64,000 nt of DNA, taken from NCBI GenBank assembly GCA_963720465.1, contig OY970393.1, positions 1,984,001 to 2,048,000 on the forward strand, given 5' to 3'. A program made the position numbers and the translations under genes. Positions 60,562 through 64,000 of this stretch are shown in pieces (positions within the stretch are counted from its first letter, which is position 1; each line of letters opens with the position of its first letter). This stretch comes from Methanobacteriota archaeon. Lineage in GTDB: Archaea; Halobacteriota; Bog-38; Methanoflorentales; Methanoflorentaceae. Under the pieces are notes generated by a model. It had not been told where the DNA came from, did not search any database, and worked only from the letters and a program-made list of their open reading frames with translations.

Positions 60562-61587
60562 CTACTCCCGCGGCAGTTTTTCGCTCACGATGGCATAGCA
60601 TCTCCACAGTTCTTGCTTGTCATACTCAACAAGCCGCTGTTGGGTGAGCTCTGCAATCGTATTGTTCTCGAGAGCGTCATTTATACGCGCTTCTGAAAGG
60701 CGCACCATATGAACGTTGTGTCTTGCGCGCGCTTCAGGAGAGCGCTTGAGCTCGTAGAGCACGTCAAGCGGATTCTTGCTCGAGCACAATTCGCAGGCGC
60801 ACGTCCATTCGCCGAGTTTGTCTGCTCGCACAAGCCTGCCTGAAGCCGTTAAGACAGAGCCATACGCGAGTCCTGCGATAACGGCACTCGAGCCGTCTGC
60901 TGACGTAACGTTAGCGCATGCGAGAAGCTCGAGGGCGTTGAATGAGCTGCCTCCCGAGGCGTGAAATTGCGCGTCTCCAAACTCACTTAAGAGCTGATTG
61001 TATGCGGCGAGCACCTCAAACTGTTTCACGCGATCTTCGGAGCGGAATTTCGCGAGGCGGGAAAACAGTCCAAATCCCGCTGAGAGCTTCGTCAAACCGG
61101 CATTTAAAGCTCTCTCGAATATGTAACGGGCATCGCGGAACGTACCGACCTCAAAGCCAGCGTACAACAAATCAGGTCGTTGAGCGTTCTCCTTTGCCCA
61201 CAAAGCGGCTTCTAGGCTCGTTTCGAGCGCCTTCATACGATCTGCTTTGACGCGCTTCCAGTAGGGCGTTTTGAAATCGCCGTTGACCGGAACGTTGAGT
61301 GTCATCAAACCATCGGTCTGGTCGTTTACCAGCTGTTCCTGCAATAAGAGAACCCGTTCTTTCGTTCGCAGTTCGGGCTTTTTCGAATATGGGGGTGAGA
61401 AAAAGTTGCCACTGTGAATGAAATGGTGGGGGAGGGTTGTTGGATCAGTCGCGTACGCATTTGCGAAGGTCGTGTTATCGAAGGATAACACAACGGGGTC
61501 ATTCAGCCCTCGCAGCGTCGGGACGAACGTGCGGTAGAATTGAAATGCACTGGCAGACATCGTGTCGTTTTTGTGAGAAATAGGCAC
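60562..61587 (-). CDS. Divergent tRNA-guanine transglycosylase-like protein (catalytic domain only)
   Basis: Motif order FANAY, HSGNF, LNVP, FHASG, ADGSS, CACELC, HN matches the arcTGT barrel and Zn site; alternative start at ATG 61560. Confidence 0.8.
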   Translation of the reverse strand: MPISHKNDTMSASAFQFYRTFVPTLRGLNDPVVLSFDNTTFANAYATDPTTLPHHFIHSGNFFSPPYSKKPELRTKERVLLLQEQLVNDQTDGLMTLNVPVNGDFKTPYWKRVKADRMKALETSLEAALWAKENAQRPDLLYAGFEVGTFRDARYIFERALNAGLTKLSAGFGLFSRLAKFRSEDRVKQFEVLAAYNQLLSEFGDAQFHASGGSSFNALELLACANVTSADGSSAVIAGLAYGSVLTASGRLVRADKLGEWTCACELCSSKNPLDVLYELKRSPEARARHNVHMVRLSEARINDALENNTIAELTQQRLVEYDKQELWRCYAIVSEKLPRE

Positions 61588-61653
61588 GCAAGCTTTTTAA
61601 CGCACGGGTATAGCTTATATCTACTTAAATTGATATAAAAATGGTGAGGTTAC

Positions 61654-61881
61654 ATGCCAAATGGACTTATGGATTCGGAGCGAATACGCGAGATTGTGCG
61701 ATCAAGCAAAGACTACCTTCAGATTATTTATCAGAACGACACGAAACTCGTGTTAAAGGTACACAGCGATCCTGCTATTGAAGTCAAAGTTGAAGACGAA
61801 GGAACCACTCTTTCCGTCGACATAGTTGAACCCGAAAGGCTTGGCCAGTTGGTCCAGCAGTTTCGGGATCTGATGTCGTAA
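61654..61881 (+). CDS. Hypothetical protein
   Basis: 75 aa, GAGG RBS, TATA-like box upstream. Confidence 0.6.
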   Translation: MPNGLMDSERIREIVRSSKDYLQIIYQNDTKLVLKVHSDPAIEVKVEDEGTTLSVDIVEPERLGQLVQQFRDLMS

Positions 61882-61903
61882 GCTCGGCGATGAGAGCGAT
61901 AAA

Positions 61904-62125
61904 ATGATTGGCAATGCACTTTCCGCGCTGAAGACGTTCGGTGTTGCGGCCCGCGCCCTCGATGAAGAGGGCTTGACCGTCGAAATACGCAACCGGGGCA
62001 AGCCCGCTGTTGCCATTGGGCGAAACGCCCACTCCCTAGTGCTGGACAAGGTCTATGGTCCAATAAAAGTAAAAAGCTTCAAAGAAGTCGTCGAATTAAT
62101 GGGGAAAATCGCCGCCGGAACATAG
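61904..62125 (+). CDS. Hypothetical protein
   Basis: 73-aa ORF co-oriented with the previous gene. Confidence 0.55.
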   Translation: MIGNALSALKTFGVAARALDEEGLTVEIRNRGKPAVAIGRNAHSLVLDKVYGPIKVKSFKEVVELMGKIAAGT

Positions 62126-62157
62126 GAGGAGGACGGCTCACGAGACTAAGCGCTTTT

Positions 62158-62430
62158 TTGGTGTATCTCCTGGGAGCACTGCTGATAATGGCCGGCGCGT
62201 TCGTGCTTCTGTCACAATTGGGGGTCCTCGGGCTCCTCCTTAGTACCCTAAATCTTCCCGCGATCGTTCTGTTTGCACTCGTGCTCATCCTCATTGGATT
62301 CGTCCTGATCCGAGGGGCGTCACTGATCGCCTATAGCTCCAACCACCAGAAAAAAGATCGTAATGAGCTAGACTATAAGGATCTCACCTACGAAGACCAA
62401 GACCCGTGGAGGTACAAAAAGCGGGACTAG
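62158..62430 (+). CDS. Small membrane protein
   Basis: Two hydrophobic segments and a charged tail. Confidence 0.55.
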   Translation: MVYLLGALLIMAGAFVLLSQLGVLGLLLSTLNLPAIVLFALVLILIGFVLIRGASLIAYSSNHQKKDRNELDYKDLTYEDQDPWRYKKRD

Positions 62431-62822
62431 TCACCGGTGAGCTTCGCGCTCTGCGGCGCGTTTATTATGTCTTCGTAGTACCTGATTCTTTCGTCGATCA
62501 CACCTTCGAATTTCCTATACTCGCGTATTACACCAATCCACATGAGCCCGTAGCATAGGGCGATCGAAATAAGAACGGTTCCCCCGGCTAGTATATAGTT
62601 GTCGCCTCGCACGAGAATGGCGTTGCCGTACAAGTATTGAGACGTGAGTACGACGTAAACAGCGAGAAGAATCCCTGCCACCCCACCCCACATCGATTTT
62701 ATGTGCCATATGTGGCGTTCGTGGCGTTTTTCCATTTTTCGAAAATCTAACTCAAGAATTCGGTTGTAGACAGCGCCCTTGTTGACTTCGACGTATTTGT
62801 TTTGTCCGCGCTGCGTGGTCAC
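62427..62822 (-). CDS. Hypothetical membrane protein
   Basis: Two TM segments; start overlaps the upstream gene's stop. Confidence 0.6.
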   Translation of the reverse strand: MTTQRGQNKYVEVNKGAVYNRILELDFRKMEKRHERHIWHIKSMWGGVAGILLAVYVVLTSQYLYGNAILVRGDNYILAGGTVLISIALCYGLMWIGVIREYRKFEGVIDERIRYYEDIINAPQSAKLTGD

Positions 62823-63298
62823 ATTCTCCTTGTTGTGTAATAGAAGCCAACCATAAGCCCAACCGCAATAATGCCGATTATCGCTGCGCCGACAAGTGTA
62901 GGATCAGCGCCGCCTCCCGTTTGATTGGCCGTAGGCGTTGCACTCACCACCGGCGTAGGCGTTGCACTCACCACCGGCGTAGGCGTTGCACTCACCACCG
63001 GCGTAGGCGTTGCACTCACCACCGGCGTAGGCGTTGCGGTTGGCGTAGGCGTCGCGGTTGGCGTAGGCGTTGCGGTTGGCTTAGGCGTTGCGGTTGGCGT
63101 AGGCGTTGCGGTTGGCGTAGGCGTTGCGGTTGGCGTAGGCGTCGCGGTTGGCTTAGGCGTTGCCGCTACTGCACCAGCGGCCTGTTGTGCGTGCAAAGAA
63201 AGCGCCGCTGTCGACGAAGCTACCGCTACAGCAATTAGGAAAGACAGCACTACAACGCGTGAGATGAGAATTCTGGAGCCTCCTGCTTGTAACGACAA
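62819..63298 (-). CDS. Secreted Pro/Thr-repeat protein with C-terminal TM anchor
   Basis: Signal-like N-terminus, (TPTPTA)n and (TPVVSATP)4 repeats, TM helix followed by RR. Confidence 0.8.
   Translation of the reverse strand: MSLQAGGSRILISRVVVLSFLIAVAVASSTAALSLHAQQAAGAVAATPKPTATPTPTATPTPTATPTPTATPKPTATPTPTATPTPTATPTPVVSATPTPVVSATPTPVVSATPTPVVSATPTANQTGGGADPTLVGAAIIGIIAVGLMVGFYYTTRRM
62930..63163. repeat. Coding VNTR: 4 x 24 bp followed by about 7.5 x 18 bp
   Basis: cgtaggcgttgcactcaccaccgg x4, then cgtaggcgttgcggttgg-type units. Confidence 0.95.
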
Positions 63299-63763
63299 CT
63301 ATTGATTCCCAGCTAGTATATAAATAAGTTGTCTGCTACGACATGCTCGGGTGCTGGGCAGAGCATCGTTTCATGCGCTTCACGACCAGGGATACGAATT
63401 TCGAGTGCTTGTGGGATGTGTCTTCGCTGACGTTTGAATCTTAGTAGTCAATCGCGAACGCGTGCTCCGTCGTCTGTGTCGCCTTTCCTTCGTCGACAGT
63501 GAATTTTATCGCTATGCCCATTACTTCATATTGTCCAGCGTTTCGGGAAACAGTTTGAGAACTCTTAAATCTGGCTCGGAAAGCGTTCGATCGCTGCTGT
63601 AACCGGACGCTAATTCGGCGCTTAAATTCAGGTTAACCCCCAAGTTGGGAGGTAATACCGCTGACGCGCATTCATCAGTCCGCACTAAAGGCGCCCCGTA
63701 TGACGTGGCTATGTCGCCGCCGTTTTTCGATACCTTTAATTCGTAGGAACATAAGTGCTACTT

Positions 63764-64000
63764 ATGGACCGAGAGGTTGTTGTCTCCGTAAGCGTGCGAG
63801 CTGTTGGCCATGATCAAGAAACATCGACGCTCGAGATTGAGTTTTGCGATTCAAGCATCTACCAGTATGCTCCTGTCTCCGAAGAAATTTACAACGGTCT
63901 CATGAATTCGCTCGGGTCTAACCTCGAAAAAACTGATTTGAGGTACTTTACCGCACACATCAAGGGGAAGTATCGGCAGAAAACCATTCGGAGGTCACGG
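63764..64000 (+). CDS. KTSC-domain protein (runs off window)
   Basis: Manual translation MDREVVVSVSVRAVGHDQETSTLEIEFCDSSIYQYAPVSEEIYNGLMNS…YFTAHIKGKY; not in ORF track. Confidence 0.85.
   Translation, partial: MDREVVVSVSVRAVGHDQETSTLEIEFCDSSIYQYAPVSEEIYNGLMNSLGSNLEKTDLRYFTAHIKGKYRQKTIRRSR

Noticed and set aside
62921-63305. Arg-rich and Val/Gly-rich plus-strand ORFs
   Set aside because: Antisense readings of the Pro/Thr repeat gene

Overview
64-kb window from a hydrogenotrophic methanogenic archaeon (Halobacteriota/Methanomicrobia-like gene content; taxonomy inferred, not measured). Core content: the 5' part of a group 4 membrane-bound [NiFe]-hydrogenase operon, F420:NADP oxidoreductase, DRG GTPase, LSm, tes/carS lipid genes, purD-argF, glmS, an frhADGB operon (frhA carries a one-base frameshift), the MCR-associated cluster (mmp10; atwA-mmp3-6-5-15-17-7), nob1-gfcR-leuS, nrpR-glnA with an NrpR operator, an HSR1-cdc48-hsp20 heat-shock operon with its operator, and three intact tRNAs (one with a BHB intron). 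Accessory and unusual parts: (i) an island at about 7.0-13.4 kb with an SSV-type integrase N-terminal remnant running into a tRNA-Val fragment, a tandem-HD hydrolase, a MerR-like HTH protein with an 18-aa DPQFY repeat, and an orphan terminase pair whose large subunit carries a second, catalytically eroded nuclease domain, with no capsid or portal gene; (ii) a PUA-less archaeal TGT paralogue whose guanine-recognition residues are swapped (D>H, D>N, Q>E) while the nucleophile and Zn site are kept, coupled to a HAD phosphatase, a candidate base-exchange enzyme of new specificity; (iii) a 90-bp MITE just upstream of the heat-shock promoter. All calls come from motif recognition by eye; no database searches were run.
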